In this document: one piece after another, positions 30,461 through 48,794 of the stretch | Layout of the letters: the number at the start of each line of letters is the position of its first letter | Numbering within the stretch: the stretch's first letter is position 1 | Position numbers and translations under genes: made by a program | Notes under the pieces: generated by a model | The model's input: only the letters and a program-made list of their open reading frames with translations | The model's database searches: none | What the model was told of the DNA's origin: nothing | Assembly (NCBI RefSeq): GCF_009914755.1 | Contig: NC_060927.1 | DNA from: the human T2T-CHM13v2.0 reference genome, Homo sapiens | Direction: 5' to 3' (one strand) | Length of the DNA: 64,000 nucleotides

Positions 30461-32592
30461 ATCGCATGCTCTTAGCCCCTAATGGCACCCGAATTACTCT
30501 TATTGCCATTGCTTATACCTTTAGGTCCAGTGTGTTCACTCTCACAGATATTTGTTACCCATTTACTCAGTGCCTGATTCTATGAGGATGAAGCAGGAAA
30601 GTGCTCTGCAAATCCAGGACAGAGTGTGATTTTCGCAGATGCTGTTATTAGAAAAGAAAATGTCGGGTTTCACTTTCCATATGGAAAGAGGTAGTAGGTA
30701 TTTCTGGTAATGAGAAGAGAGGGAGGGATTACTCATTGGAAGAAAGAGGTAATGAGTAAGCTAGTTCCGCTTTGAGAAGAAAAATGCTTTCACAACAGCT
30801 TTTAACAGATTGATTAAGCAAAGTTTTCGTTTTGTTTCAAATAATTATTTGTTTTTCTGCCTTTCTCTTCAGAGCTGTGAAATTCTAGACGTCTCTTAGA
30901 AATAAAATGGGTTGCTACACACTTATTTTTCTCAGCTCTATATACATTTCTCCTTCTTCTTTGAAATTTGTGGCCACCATTAATGTATATAGGATGTTCT
31001 CATTTTGATTTTCAGTTGAGACACTGCAGACTTTTATGAGGGATGCTTTGGATCAAGCAAGAGACACTGAGTAGTTTCCTTCCTTCCAAGATTTCAAAGC
31101 AACAGCACCATATTGAGTCTAAACTCAAAGCCTTTGTTCAGAAGCCAGCAGCTGGCTACTCACACCAAGATGGCATTGGATGTTTTTGGAGTGGGATATC
31201 CAGGTGACATTTTAATAAAAGCTTTCATGGGCCAATTATTTAATCTATAGAGTTTTATAATTAGCTGACTTTGAAACCTTATTAAACCCCATGTGCAAGA
31301 TCATGTGAAATTGTACCTCAAGTTTGATTTTTCTTTGTTGTACCCCTCTTCTCTCCTACTTCCTTGATAGTTGCTATTTGTTTGATATTTTTAAAAATTT
31401 CTTATTGACACACAGATCCATCCACAAAACAAAGTCATAAAGGCACCTTGATCTGTAAAGTGTTCTGAGTTTCTTAAAACTCTAGTACAGAATGAGAGTC
31501 TCTAGAAGGTAGAAGGCCTAGTTTTGGAAGTTGCCATCAGCATTGGATTTTTGCCGAATAGTGCTATATATGTTCAATAATAAAGTTTTCTGTTTTTGTC
31601 AACTATTTCTTATGGAACTATTCTCTGTGATGCTGAGGTTACAGAAAAATATCATTTTTCTGTCACTGTTGGTGTTCTTCAGGACCTCACTTTTAAATAG
31701 ATGTCCTTTTGAAACCTAGGTGGTTATGTGCATCAGAAAAACACCTTATCCTGTGCCCCATTGGGTGACTTGGACAAAGTAACACAATTTTGGTGGGGGA
31801 AATGGTACATATTATGTTTCATAGGAGCCAGATTCCAATAGTAACCATCTGACCCTTGTGATCCTATGTTTTCAATTTTCCTATAAAAGAACGCAACAAA
31901 CAGTGCTGCTCAAGCCTATTTTTCTATTAAGTGTTCTTTGATTCGTGAGTTGCTGGGTAGATTTTCCATTCTCAGTGTTAGAAGACACGAACATCAAATA
32001 CTTTTCTCTTAGAGTAACTTCTCATGCAACTGTCTCATGGCATATGCTAAAAGAAAAGAAAGTTCCTTACGTATGAGTACAGAGAAACGGAGCATGATTT
32101 TAACCTTGGTTTCAGGTTTTGTTATTTAGTCTTTTTGACTTGAATATGAACTCAAGTGTTTGCTAATTAAAAGAATAAACACAGCAGCCATTGCTCCGCC
32201 AAAATACGTTTATCGAGTGCCTATCTTGTGCACAGTCCTTTGCTAGGCTCTGTTTATATAACATATCCTATTTAAAAGGCTGCTTGATAAATAAGCAGTT
32301 TGGAAATCCCTGGTGGGAGGTAGGTGGCGATATTCAGTGTAGCTTCCCCAGCTGCCACCTGGAACATGAGTCTGAGAATGTCTATGCAGGAAGATGATTA
32401 ATTTCAAAAATCATTTCTAGGAAATTCTCTGGATCTTTATATAATTCCCTGGCCTCCAGGGAAAGAAGTTAAGATAACTTGAATTACTTGCCTTGGTAAA
32501 AATGTTGAACTGAATCCTGATCTCATTTCTTGCCTCCCCTTCCTTTTCTCTTCTTTCTAAATCAAAGAACAGTTTGACACTAATATGGTTGT

Positions 32593-33115
32593 TGTATTAT
32601 TTATCTATTGCTGCGTAACAAGTTGACCCAACCTTAGCAGCTTAAAACAACTAACATCTATTATCACATAGTTTCTGGGAGTCAAGAATTCAAGAGAGGC
32701 TTAGTAGCTAAGTGGTTCTGGCTCAGGATTTCTCAGGAGGTTCTGGCTTAGGAGGTGGTGGTTAGGAGGTCAGCAGGGCTGCGGTGATCTAAAGTCTCAC
32801 TCTCTGGCAGTCTGGTGGAAGGCCTCAGTTTCTCTCTACATGAGCCTCACCATATGGCTGCCTCAGTGTCCTCAGGATATGACATTTGGCTTTCCCTGGA
32901 GTGAGTGATGAAACAGAGAGAGAGAGATCAGACAGAAAACAACAGTGATTTTTATAAATTAGCCTCCAAAGGCACATACCTGTCACTTCCTCTTTATTCT
33001 GTTTGTCAGAAGTGAGTCACTAAGTCCAGCCCACATTCAAGGGAAGGAGAATTAGATTCCACCTCTTGAAAGAAGGAGTATCAACTAACTGAGAGCACAT
33101 ATTGAAACCACCGCA
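32593..33115 (-). mobile_element. MLT1F-like solo LTR
   Basis: TGTATTATTTATCTATTGCTGCGTAACA...CTTAAAACAAC start, AAGTGAGTCACTAAGTCCAGCCCACATTCAAGGG, and AAACCACCGCA end. Confidence 0.82.
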
Positions 33116-33536
33116 GCTGCACATGTCATTTAAAGTTTTCAAACATGGTTTCTTCAAAAGAGTCCTAAACACCTTTATCTTGCCTGATTCTGGTACAAGC
33201 ATCTCTTACTCTAGAAGAATTATTGTATATGATCAGCCTTTTGCACAAGTCTCGGCTCCAACTGCTATCCTATTGCATCTGGAGCAGAATTTGTCTTAGC
33301 CAGTAGAGAAATGATAATGTACTGGGACATTTTGCTGTACTCAGAGCACTTCTCTGTGGTTTGAAGACTTCTCATCATCATGTTTTCATGTCATGAGGAT
33401 GGTATCACTGATGAGCAAGTGTAAGTGGACTGACATTTATCTTGTGAGCGTGGGAGAGAGAGGGCTGCTTCTCTCTAAATGTGTGGTTCTCCTTGGTAAG
33501 ACAAATGTAAACAAATCATATATTCATAAAGTTTAG

Positions 33537-33915
<379 letters not shown>

Positions 33916-34979
33916 AAGAAACTCTAAGCATTTCTAAGATATTAAGGGACTGCTAGTGAGAAAGGTTTTGTTTAAAAATTATTTTAGATTAACATACAGT
34001 AAAATTGAGCATAGTTGGTACACAGATCTATGATAACACATGTATAGCTCCTTCTAACCAGCACCAATGATCAAGGTACTGAACAGTTCCATTCCTCCAA
34101 ATGGCTCCCTCTTGCTATCCCATCCTAGTCACACTTTCCCCCACCGCTACCTCATTTCAGCCTCTGATTGTCTCTCTATCACCATAGTTTTGTCTTTTTG
34201 AGAGTGTCACATAAATGGGTTTACACAGTAGGTAATCTTTTGAGATTAGCTTCTTTCATTCAGCAAAATGCTTTTGAGATTCATCCAAGGTGCTGTGAGT
34301 ATCAATAATGCATTCCTTTTTATTGCTAAGTAGCATTTTGTGGTATGGTTGTACCACAGCTTGTTCTTACATTCACCTGCTGAGGACAGTTGAGTTGTTT
34401 CCAGTTTTTGGCAATTATGAACAGAACCACTATATACATTCATGTATAAGTGTTTGAATGAACATCAATTTTCATTTCTCTAGGATAAATACACAGTAGA
34501 GAGATTTTTATGTCATACGGTAATTAATGTAGACTTTAGAAGAAATCGTCAAACTATTTTCTAGGGTGCCTGTACCATTTTGCATCCCACTAGCAACAAA
34601 GAAGAGTTCCAGTGGCTTCATGTGATTATCAGCACCTGGAGTTCTCAGAATGTTTATTTTAGTCACTCTATTAGATATGTAGTGATATCTCATTGTCATT
34701 TCAATCTGCATTTTCCTAATGGCTAATGATTTTAAACACATATTCATGTATTTATTTGTCTTCCATATACCCTCTTTAATTAAGTGTCTGTTGAAATCTT
34801 TTGTTTATTTTTAAATGGGTTGTTTTCTTACAGTTGAGTTTCGTGAGTTCTTTATATATCGTGCTTTTATTGTCATGTCTAGTAACAGCCTAAACCTAGG
34901 TCATGAATATTTTCTTCTGTGCTTTATTCTAAACATTTTATAATTTTAGACTTTACATTTAGGTCTATAATCCATTTTA

Positions 34980-35893
34980 TTTATTTCTATTTGTTTAAAT
35001 TTTTGTGGGTACATAGTAGGTGTATATGTTTGTGGGGTACCTGAGATGTTTTGATACAGGCATGCAATGTGAAATAAGCACATCATAGAAAATGGGGTGT
35101 CCCCTCAAGCATTTATTCTTAGAGTTACAAACCAATCCAATGACACTCTTTAAGTTATTTTAAAATGTACAATTAAGTTATTATTGACTATAGTCACCCT
35201 ATTTTGCTATCAAATAGTAGGTCTTATTCATTCTTTCTAATTATTTTTTGTACCTATTAACCATCTCCACCTCCCTCTCAGCCTCCCACTACCCTTCCCA
35301 GCCTCTGGTAACCATCCTTCTACTCTCTATGTCCATGAATTCAATTGTTTTGATTTTCAGATCCCACAGGTAAGTGAGAAAATGTGATGTTTGTCTTTCT
35401 GTGTCTGGGTTATTTCACTTAACGTAATGCTCTCCAGGCCAGGCGTGGTGGCTCATGCTTGTAATCTCCACACTTTGGGAGGCTGAGGTGGGTAGATGGC
35501 TTGTGGCCAGTATTTTGAGACCAGTCTGGGCAACATAGTGAGACCTCGTGTCTACTAAAAATTAAAAAAAAAACAAAACAATTAGCCAGGCATGGTGGCA
35601 CATACCTGTCGTCCCAGCGACTCGGAAGGCTGAGGTGGGGAATCACTTGAGCCTCAAGAGGCGGAAGTTGCAGTGAGCTGAGACCGTGTCACTGCACTCC
35701 AGCCTGGGTGACAGAGCAAGAGGCTGTGTCAAAACAAACAAATAAAAAACCCAACAAACAAAACAAAACAAAACCATAATGATCTCCAGTTCCATCTATG
35801 TTGTTGCAAATGACTGGATCTCATTCTGTTCTTATGGCCAAATTATGTATGAGCACCATTTTGTATAAGTACTACATTTTCTTTGTCCATACA
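34980..35893 (-). mobile_element. L1MA2/3-like 3' fragment
   Basis: TTTTGTGGGTACATAGTAGGTGTATAT...GATACAGGCATGCAATGTGAAATAAGCAC, with flanking repeat ATCCATTTTA as a probable TSD. Confidence 0.8.
35437..35773 (+). mobile_element. AluJ
   Basis: GGGCAACATAGTGAGACC J-type diagnostics, (CAAAA)n tail, and a degenerate TSD TAATG..CTCCA. Confidence 0.9.
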
Positions 35894-36089
35894 TGTGATC
35901 CATTTTAGTTAAATTTTGCATAATATGTAGGTTTAGATTGGAATTTATTTCCTTATTTAGCATATGCTGTCCAATTGTTCCAACACTATTTTTTTTAAAC
36001 TACCCCATTCATTAAATTGCCTGTAAAACTTTGTCAAAAATCAACTGGTTGTATTTGTGTTTTGCCTATTTTGGGGCTCCATTCTGCAG

Positions 36090-36950
36090 AGTCGAGATTT
36101 TTCTGGTTCTTTATAAGCTGAGTAAAATTGTATTAGATCCTGGACATTTTGAATATTGTGTGATGAGACTCTGCTTCTTATTTAAATCCTATGAAGAATG
36201 TTGGTAGTTTTGTTTCAGCAGGCATTTAAACTGGTTAGTTCAGGTCACAAGTTCTGATCAGCCTTCTGGGAATTGTAGTTTTAATGTCCAGTTCATTTTG
36301 AATGACTCTATAGTGTTATTCAGTGCTATTCAGCATCCAGTCTGGGACTGGGTGGTTGATTCTGGTGCATTGTTTAGGGTCAGATCTATGCATGAGCTAC
36401 TTGGGGTAAGTCCAGGAATCCATAAGTCATTTTATGGGTTCATTTCCCCAAGCTCCTTCTTCTCCATGATCTCCCCTGTACTTTCCAGCTCCTATGGCTT
36501 TTCTTTTCCATCTTCCATTCAGAAAACTGGAGCTTTACTTATCCTACTCTGCTGCACATTTCCTGTGACTGCACCCTTGACCAAGGCCAGGCAGCAGAAA
36601 GACAGAACAACAGCAACAAACAAACAGAAACTAGGGTTTTCCCCACACACTCTTGGAGACAACAGCTCCTTTGATCCAGGAAGAAACTTCTGCTTCCTCA
36701 AAGTTTTAGGTGCCTGTGGATCACCACAGCCGGTGTAGAAGAGAATATAAAAAAGAGAGAGGGGGAAGAAAGAAAAAAGACTAGGAATTTTCCCCACTCC
36801 CTCCAACCCTTGGGAATTCTCTTGATAGAACAAAAGAGCTCCTGCTAGAGCTCTCTCAGTATCCTGTACCCATTTCTAAATTTTAGGCTTCCTTGAGTTT
36901 GGGCAGGGGACATTGGAGAAAAAAATGGTAAACTCATTTCCACTCTCTGA
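36090..36950 (-). mobile_element. Old L1M 5'-region fragment
   Basis: TAGATCCTGGACATTTTGAATATTGTGTGATGAGACTCTG motif. Confidence 0.5.
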
Positions 36951-37059
36951 GGCAGCTGAAAAGGTCCTCCAATTTCAAGGAGAGGAGAAATAGGCTTTGT
37001 CTGATGTCATGGCCCTGGGACCTAAATATTGTTGTGTCCTTTTTGGACAAAATAATCTG

Positions 37060-37390
37060 CCATGACCAATTAATTGATCAAGGATTTCAAAATCATTATA
37101 TTTAAATGTTACTTTATAATATGTATTTGCTGGAATATTTCTATAAAGTAAAACCTCCTCCCACCTGTGGTTAATCAGTGGTACCGATATGTGGAAAAAG
37201 CAAGATTAGCATTTGAATCTTTCCCTTTATTTTTTAGTTATCAGTAATGAATTGTTCATGAACATCATCAAATAATGTCCAATTAGTCTTTTTTAAAAAA
37301 GGGAATCATTATTAGCTTATGGATTTAAACATATTTGATCTGTTTAGATCATTGCAGTTATTAACCTTATTGATGCTCAAACTGAGTATG
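37060..37390 (-). mobile_element. L1MC4/5-like 3'UTR fragment
   Basis: ATGGATTTAAACATATTTGAT...CATTGCAGTTATTAACCTTATTGATGCTCAAA. Confidence 0.55.
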
Positions 37391-37519
37391 TAACTTTTTA
37401 TTATCATCCACCTAGGATAAACCATGACTTAGGCCAAGTCACTTACCCAGATCACTCTTTTCCTTAAGAGTGTATTGCCATTATCGGCCAGCAAGTGCTC
37501 GGGAACTAAGTAGAATGAC

Positions 37520-37860
37520 ATCTATCCATTGAACCTAGAGATGCTTATGAACACCACTGTGTGCCAGGCACTGTACTAGGTACAGGGATTTCAATAGTAA
37601 GTAGAAATAGATATAGATTCCCTGTCCTCTTGGAGATCATATTAAAATCATGGAGAGAAAGACTACTTAAATAATCGGAGAAATAGTGTAAAATTGTAAT
37701 GTGTCAGGAACTAAAAAAAGGAAAAACTTTGAGGAGAAGTTATGGGAGTGATCAGAAGAGTTGATCTCTTCTGGAAGGCCAGGGAAGGCCTCTCTTAAAG
37801 AAGGTAATTTATCTAAGATCTACAGGAAGTAAAGAGGCTGACCAGGCAAAAGTGGGAGGA
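37520..37860 (-). mobile_element. L2 fragment
   Basis: CTGTGTGCCAGGCACTGTACTAGG...CCCTGTCCTCTTGGAGATCATATT. Confidence 0.7.
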
Positions 37861-39466
37861 GAGATGTGGGTGCATGAATGGGTAAATGGAATCTGGAATA
37901 TTTTTATATTATCCTCTCCCCGTGCTATCCCTGTTTATATTTAATGATCTGACCCCAGACCAGCCGCAATCCTCCTGGGTCTAGATGGAAAAAAATTATT
38001 TTGAAGACTTCTATTATTATTTAACATTTTTCTTCTCTCCCTTTTTCATTTTCCTTCCCCAACAAATGGCACTAATCTCTTCAGTCATTAGATCAAGTAA
38101 GCAAAACAGGCTGTTTGCAAAAGTAAACAAACACAGATTCTACATTAACTGCACCCCACCCCCATTAAAACCCCATCCATAGGGTGGTCTTATAAAGATT
38201 CCCTACACCTTCCCCTGATTTTTCTTTGGGGCACTGCTGGGTTTCCTTGGAGAAGAGTCTACGAGCACTTAATTATCTGTAAAACAAGTTGAAACATGCC
38301 TCCAAGATCAATTTTGATTCTAGCTCAGCCTACTAAGCCTTAGGCCCCTTGGACTTTCTTAGTTTGTTTGCATTTGCACTGGTTACTCCCGGTAGCCAGG
38401 CCTTGAGGAAAAGGAGTAGAAAGCCTGGATGGTGGCTAAAGAAACTGGTTGTTTACCCTGGGGACCATCCCCTTAGAGCTGGACCTGGCCTTTTCAGAGA
38501 GGAGAGAGGCTTGACAGAGACAGACAGAAAGAGACAGAGATAAAATGAGTAATGACCACAGTGGCCTTCTACCTTTAAATTAGAAAGTGTCCAAGCCACT
38601 GAAGACATCCCAGACATGTGGTCCTAGGCATTCCTCTGTTGCCTACAACAACGAGGAATAAGATTGACAGCACTGCAGTCTTTCTATTTTGTTCCTTCTT
38701 TCCCAGGTTCATCATTTGCAGCTGCATGCAGGTGCAGGGGGTCCAGTCCCACCTTGGGGCCCAGTGAGAATTCACCCTTAATCTGAGAGGCTTAGTCTGA
38801 GAATGGCAAGAAGCCATTCTGTGGATGCTCTACTGCAGGAGAGCTTAAAGCTACCGGAGCAGAGCCCTCCCTCTGGCTCAAGGATCCCCCATCCCCTGAT
38901 CAGGCCCATTTATCACACTTTAACAACCACCAGAAAGCCAACACTGGTTTGCTCTCATGTGCTGGCCTTGGACCTCCAAACATCCAATGAATCATAACCA
39001 GAAAGATCTGGCTAGTGTTACAATTTCAAGGAAAAATAAATTTCACTGGTGGCTCTTTTTCTAAACTCAAACCAGGTAAAGCCAAAGAGGATTTTGTTGC
39101 TCTTACAACTGAATAATACCTAGGCAGACAAGCCTTCTGGCAGAACATGATTCAAGTGATGTCAGGAGCCCTTGATGTCTTTCCAAAGCTACAAAAGAAG
39201 ATTGGGGTACTGTTACCAAAAGAAGAAAGAGATGGATAAAAGTCTGTTTCAGATATACATAGTATATCTGGGTAGAATTATTTTTTCTTCTCTCTTTTTC
39301 TTCTTGTTGGATCCTGGTACTTCTCATGGATAAAGTAATGGAAAGGAATGTTTGCAAAGCAACTCCAAAAAATGATGGAGATAATGTGATACATGAGAGA
39401 GGATAACAGAAAGTTAACCTTTACAGGGCAAGATGTCAAACTGGTTCTTTAAAACAATCTACTCAG

Positions 39467-40487
39467 GGGTGGAGCCAAGATGGCTGAATAGGAACAGCTC
39501 CAGTCTACAGCTCCCAGCATGAACAACGCAGAAGACGGGTGATTTCTGCATTTCCAACTGAGGTACCAGGTTCATCACATTGGGGAGTGCCAGACAGTGG
39601 GTGCAGGACAGTGGGTGCAGTGCACCGTGCGTGAGCTGAAGCAGGGTGAGGCATTGCCTCACCCGGGAAGCACAAGGGGTCAGGGAATTCCCTTTCATAG
39701 TCAAAGAAATGGGTGACAGATGGCACCTGGAAAATTGGGTCACTCCCACCCTAATACTGCACTTTTCGAACGGGCTTAACAAATGGCACACCAGGAGATT
39801 ATATCCCGCCCCTTGATCGGAGGGTCCTACGCCCACGAAGCCTCACTCATTGCTAGCACAGCAGTCTGAGATCAAACTGCAAGGCGGCAGTGAGGCTGGG
39901 GGAGGGGCGCCCGCCATTGCCAAGGCTTGAGTAGGAAAACAGCAGCCGGGAAGCTCATGAGTGGAGCCCACCACAACTCAAGGAGGCCTGCCTGCCTCTG
40001 TAGGCTCCATCTCTGGGGGCAGGGCACAGACAAACAAAAGGCAGCAGTAACCTCTGCAGACTTAAATGTCCCTGTCTGACAGCTTTGAAGAGAGTAGTGG
40101 TTCTCCCAGCACGCAGCTGGAGATCTGAGAACGGGCAGACTGCCTCCTCAAGTGGGTCCCTGACCCCTGAGTAGCCTAACTGGGAGGCATCCCCCAGTAG
40201 GGGCGGACTGACACCTCACACGGCCGGGTACTCCTCTGAGACAAAACTTCCAGAGGAACGATCAGGCAGCAGCATTTGCAGTTCACCAATATCTGCTGTT
40301 CTGCAGCCACCGCTGCTGGTACCCAGGCAAACAGGGTCTGGAGTGGACCTCCAGCAAACTCCAACAGAACTGCAGCTGAGGGTCCTGACTGTTACAAGGA
40401 AAACTAACAAACAGAAAGGACATCCACACCAAAAACCCATCTGTACATCACGATCATCAAAGACCAAAGGTAGATAAAACCACAAAG
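39467..40487 (+). promoter_or_regulatory. L1 5'UTR internal sense and antisense promoter
   Basis: YY1 core CAAGATGG at ~39476, ORF0 ATG on the minus strand near 39918, and the 129-bp segment at 40235-40362. Confidence 0.8.
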
Positions 40488-41505
40488 ATGGGGAATAAAC
40501 AGAGCAGAAAAGCTGGAAACTCTAAAAATCAGAGTGCCTCTCCTCCTCCAAAGGAACGCAGCTCCTCACCAGCAATGGAACAAAGCTGGACGGAGAATGA
40601 CTTTGACGAATTGAGAGAAGAAGGCTTCAGAAGATCAAACTACTCTGAGCTAGAGGAGGAAGTTCAAACCAATGGCAAAGAAGTTAAAAACCTTGAAAAA
40701 AAATTAGACGAATGGCTAACTAGAATAACCAAAGCAGAGAAGTCCTTAAAGGACCTGATGGAGCTGAAAACCATGGCACGAGAACTACGTGATGAATGCA
40801 CAAGCCTCAGTAGCTGATGCGATCAACTGGAAGAAAGGGAATCAGCGATGGAAGATGAAATGAATGAAATGAGGAGAGAAGAGAAGTTTAGAGAAAAAAG
40901 AATAAAAAGAAACAAACAAAGCCTCCAAGAAATATGGGACTATGTGAAAAGACCAAATCTATGTCTGACTGGTGTACCTGAAAGTGACAGGGAGAATGGA
41001 ACCAAGTTGGAAAGCACTCTGCAGGATATTATCCAGGAGAACTTCCCCAATCGAGCAAGGCAGGCCAACATTCAAATTCAGGAAATACAGAGAATGCCAC
41101 AAAGATACTCCTCGAGAAGAGCAACTCCAAGACACATCATTGTCAGATTCACCAAAGTTGAAATGAAGGAAAAAATGTTAAGAGCAGCCAGAGAGAAAGG
41201 TCGGGTTACCCACAAAGGGAAGCCCATCAGACTAACAGCGGATCTCTCAGCAGAAACTCTACAAGCCAGAAGAGAGTGGGGGCCAATATTCAACATTCTT
41301 ACAGAAAACAATTTTCAACCCAGAATTTCATATCCAGCCAAACTAAGCTTCATAAGTGAAGGAGAAATAAAATCCTTTACAGACAAGCAAATGCTGAGAG
41401 ATTTTTGTCATCACCAGGCCTGCCCTAAAAGAGCTCCTGAAGGAAGCACTAAACATGGAAAGGAACAACCAGTACCAGCCACTGCAGAAACATGCCAAAT
41501 TGTAA
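40488..41505 (+). pseudogene. Disrupted L1 ORF1
   Basis: MGNKQSRK start, premature TGA at 40815 (CGA>TGA), and a frameshift near 41405. Confidence 0.95.
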
Positions 41506-41568
41506 AGACCATCAGGGCTAGGAAGAAACTGCATAAACTAATGAGCAAAATAACCAGCTAACGTCATA

Positions 41569-45706
<4,138 letters not shown>

Positions 45707-48209
45707 ACAATGAGAATACATGGACACAGGAAAGGGAACATCACACACCAGGGCCTGTTGTAGGGTGTGGGGAGTTGGGAGGGATAGCATTAGGAGATAT
45801 ACCTAATATTAAATGATGAGTTACTGGGTGCAGCACACCAACATGGCACATGTATATACATGTAACAAACCTGCACATTGTGCACATGTACCCTAAAACT
45901 TAAAGTATAATAATAATAAAAAATAATCTACCCAGAGCCTCTATCCCTTTTTTCATCCTCATGATTTGAAGTTTCCCTCTCCTTAGGAACAGAACTGGGT
46001 AGAAGAGAGAATGACTGCCAACCCACAAAGTGGAAGTGGTATTAGGGTGGAGGAAAAAAAGGAGCTGGAAGGAAAGAGGGATGTTTGGAGATGGGAAGAG
46101 AATGTGAATGAGAGGTTCTATAGCTGAAGTGTTGGCCCTGCAGGGATGCCCTAAAAATCCTTAGAGGCTGGGCACTATACCCAAAGCCTTAGTATTCTTT
46201 AGACTCAGTAAAGGTTGAAGTAAATAATTTGTAAAACCTTCTTTGGAGTTCTGGGGTGTGTTTGTGTGGATGTGTGTGCACACGCACACCTGGTTGAAGG
46301 AGGGAAGCACCAGGAGGTGCCTGGACTCCCCATTCTGGAAGTTGGGGCATGAACAGAGCCCTTAGGATAGACCAACCCATGGATCAGTTCCCTTTTTCTT
46401 TGTAAATGATTGCTCTACTCTCTCTCCTCCAAGATCAGTTTCATCTACAATCATTCAACAGCTATCTGCTGAAGGGTTAATGTTTCTATAGAAAGGCAAC
46501 ATACTTCAGTGCTTTTATATATGCCCTTGGGGTCAGATGGACCTGGGCTCCAGTTCCGTTTTTGCCTCCTGCTATACATGGGACCTGGAGCTGCCCATGG
46601 GACCTTGGACTTTGCATGGGATCTTGAGCTGTCCACAGAACCTTGAGCATGCTACTTATCCTTGCAGATAGTAAGCTCTCAATAATTGGGAGACACAATA
46701 ATGATGCAGGTTCCTATGTCTTTACTGGGTTTGTCTAGGGATTTGGGGATGTGAGCCTGAGGGTCCAATTGGAAAAAATCTCAACTTACTGAATAGTGAC
46801 TGAAACATTTGAGGTGTGAATCCCTGCACTTTGACAGTGCCTGGTGTGAGACCATAGTGCTACTTACCTGAGCTGTACTTTGGTTTCTGTATCTTGGACA
46901 GTGTGTTTGTATGGGGTGAGTGGTGACCAAGATGACTGCTGCTCCCATCTTACAGGACTATGTTAGAACCTGGTTTGGATCTTGCTTTGTGAATTACAAG
47001 GGGTGGGGGCCAAGGAACAGGGTATGGGCAGGGGAAGAAATAGAGGGGAGGGGATGCCTCCAACTACCAGCTTTTGAGAGCAATACTGTCTCCCTCTCCT
47101 TGTGCTGTTTGGGGCAAGAGGTAAGGCAGCCAGTGGTGTGTGGAACATCTCAGTCTCGGTGCACAACATTCTCACCTTTGTGTTTTCCTTGGAAACAGAG
47201 GCCTGCCAGAACAGTGAACTTATCCCCTAAGCCCAACCCAGAGGTTTATTCAAGAAAGTGTCTTTAAATTCATCTGCTCTAATTCAGAGTAGTGAGAGAT
47301 CATTTTATATGCTCTGAGCTGAGAGGGAAGAAAAACTTCTTATATTGTTTCCTTGGGATATATGGAGGTATGAGTTGAGTTCTATAATTCTAGAAATTAT
47401 GACAACGCATCCATAAAGATGAGGCAGAATCCCCATGCAGCAGTTCCGGTAGCTTAAAGGAATATTATTTAATACCCATTCATGGGAGTGTGGCAGAATT
47501 TAAAGACTTCATGTAACCCCTTAATCACTGTTGGAAAATGAGCAAGCTCAGGCCAGGTACCTGGAGGCTTGGAAGCTTTTATGGAAGGCTTGGTATCTGA
47601 AGTTGTTTGGGGTCTGTTCACAGTTATTTTGTGTACTTCTAAAGAGTGATTGAGCCTGTTTAATCTACATTTAAATCTCTCTCTGCTTAAAGCCAGCTTC
47701 TTACAAAAAAAGTTCTGATTCAATTTAATTCCATTCAATTCAAATTAATTCAATTAAGGGAATTAGTTGAGCAGCTAGTTGGTGCCATGTGAGGCCTGTG
47801 GGGAATCTAAAGATGAACTGGACCAGGCCTCTGATCCCCCAAACAGAAGGGGATGTTCAGCAATTGCTACTTAAATCTCCACGAACAAGAGAATTAAGGA
47901 ATTACTGGAACTTGTACACAGTTCTCTGACCAGAATTAGCCTATTCTTTTCTATTTTATATGTTTTCATCTTCATCTCCTTGTCTTACCTAATAACTAAC
48001 ACATTCATTTATTCAGCAAATATTAATTAAGAATCTATTTATGCCTGGCAGAGAGGCAGTGTGGGGAGAACAGCTAATCATTCTCATTTGTTTGCAGCAT
48101 AGCTTGATAGGACCAAGAACCCAAGCTGGAGAACCAGATGGTGGGGCTGTGAAAGAGGACAAGTCCACAGCCTCTCTAAGCTCCAGTTCCTCATGCACAC
48201 ATGGAAATA

Positions 48210-48330
48210 ATATTAATAAATCCCTCACATGGCAGGGAGGACTAAAGGAGCTAATGTGTGTAAAAGGTTCAGGACCTTTACTAGCAAGCACATAGTGGGT
48301 GCATAATAGCTGCTATCTATCTATCATCAT
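48210..48330 (+). mobile_element. MIR fragment
   Basis: CCCTCACATGG...AAAGGAGCTAATGTGTGTAAAAG...CACATAGTGGGTGC. Confidence 0.55.
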
Positions 48331-48794
48331 CTTTGTTGCCTACTTTAGAACAGAAATTCTCAGAGCTAGAAAGCAGTTGCATTTTATGGATGGCAAATAA
48401 CCGCCAACACTTGATAACAAATGATACATGTCAATAATGAACACATATGAATAAATAAAGTACTAACAGATATACTTAAGTGTTCTAAACCTCTCCCTCA
48501 TGCCTCTGCCTATAAGGAAGACTAGATCTCATGAGCTGCAATATTCTTTATAGCACTGAATCTGGGCCAGGTAAATAGGGGAGAGTGAAGGAGGCAAGAG
48601 GCCAAGTGGAGCTATGGGATAACACACGGAGATGGAGTCATATAGAGAAAGACTAGGTAGGTTTCTGCAGAACTGGCTTGGGAAAGAATGTGGGGGACAC
48701 TTGGAAGAAGGAGAGGACAGATACTTGAGGTAGCCCCCTTGTGTCTGAGAGAGAGAGAGAGAGAGAGGATGCTGGTGATGAGATAGAAGCCCAG

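Larger units (their letters stand above)
33975..36090 (-). mobile_element. L1ME-like 3' fragment hosting nested L1MA and AluJ
   Basis: Antisense ORF2 C-terminal remnants (34508-34747 IRKMQIEMTMRYH; 34246-34443 WMNLKSILLNERS). Confidence 0.7.

Noticed and set aside
39459-39836. 125-aa minus-strand ORF
   Set aside because: It is the downstream part of L1 ORF0 after a premature stop, not an independent gene.
45760-45785. G-rich tract with quadruplex potential
   Set aside because: A standard L1 3'UTR feature, also seen in the L1PA3 and L1PA6 copies.
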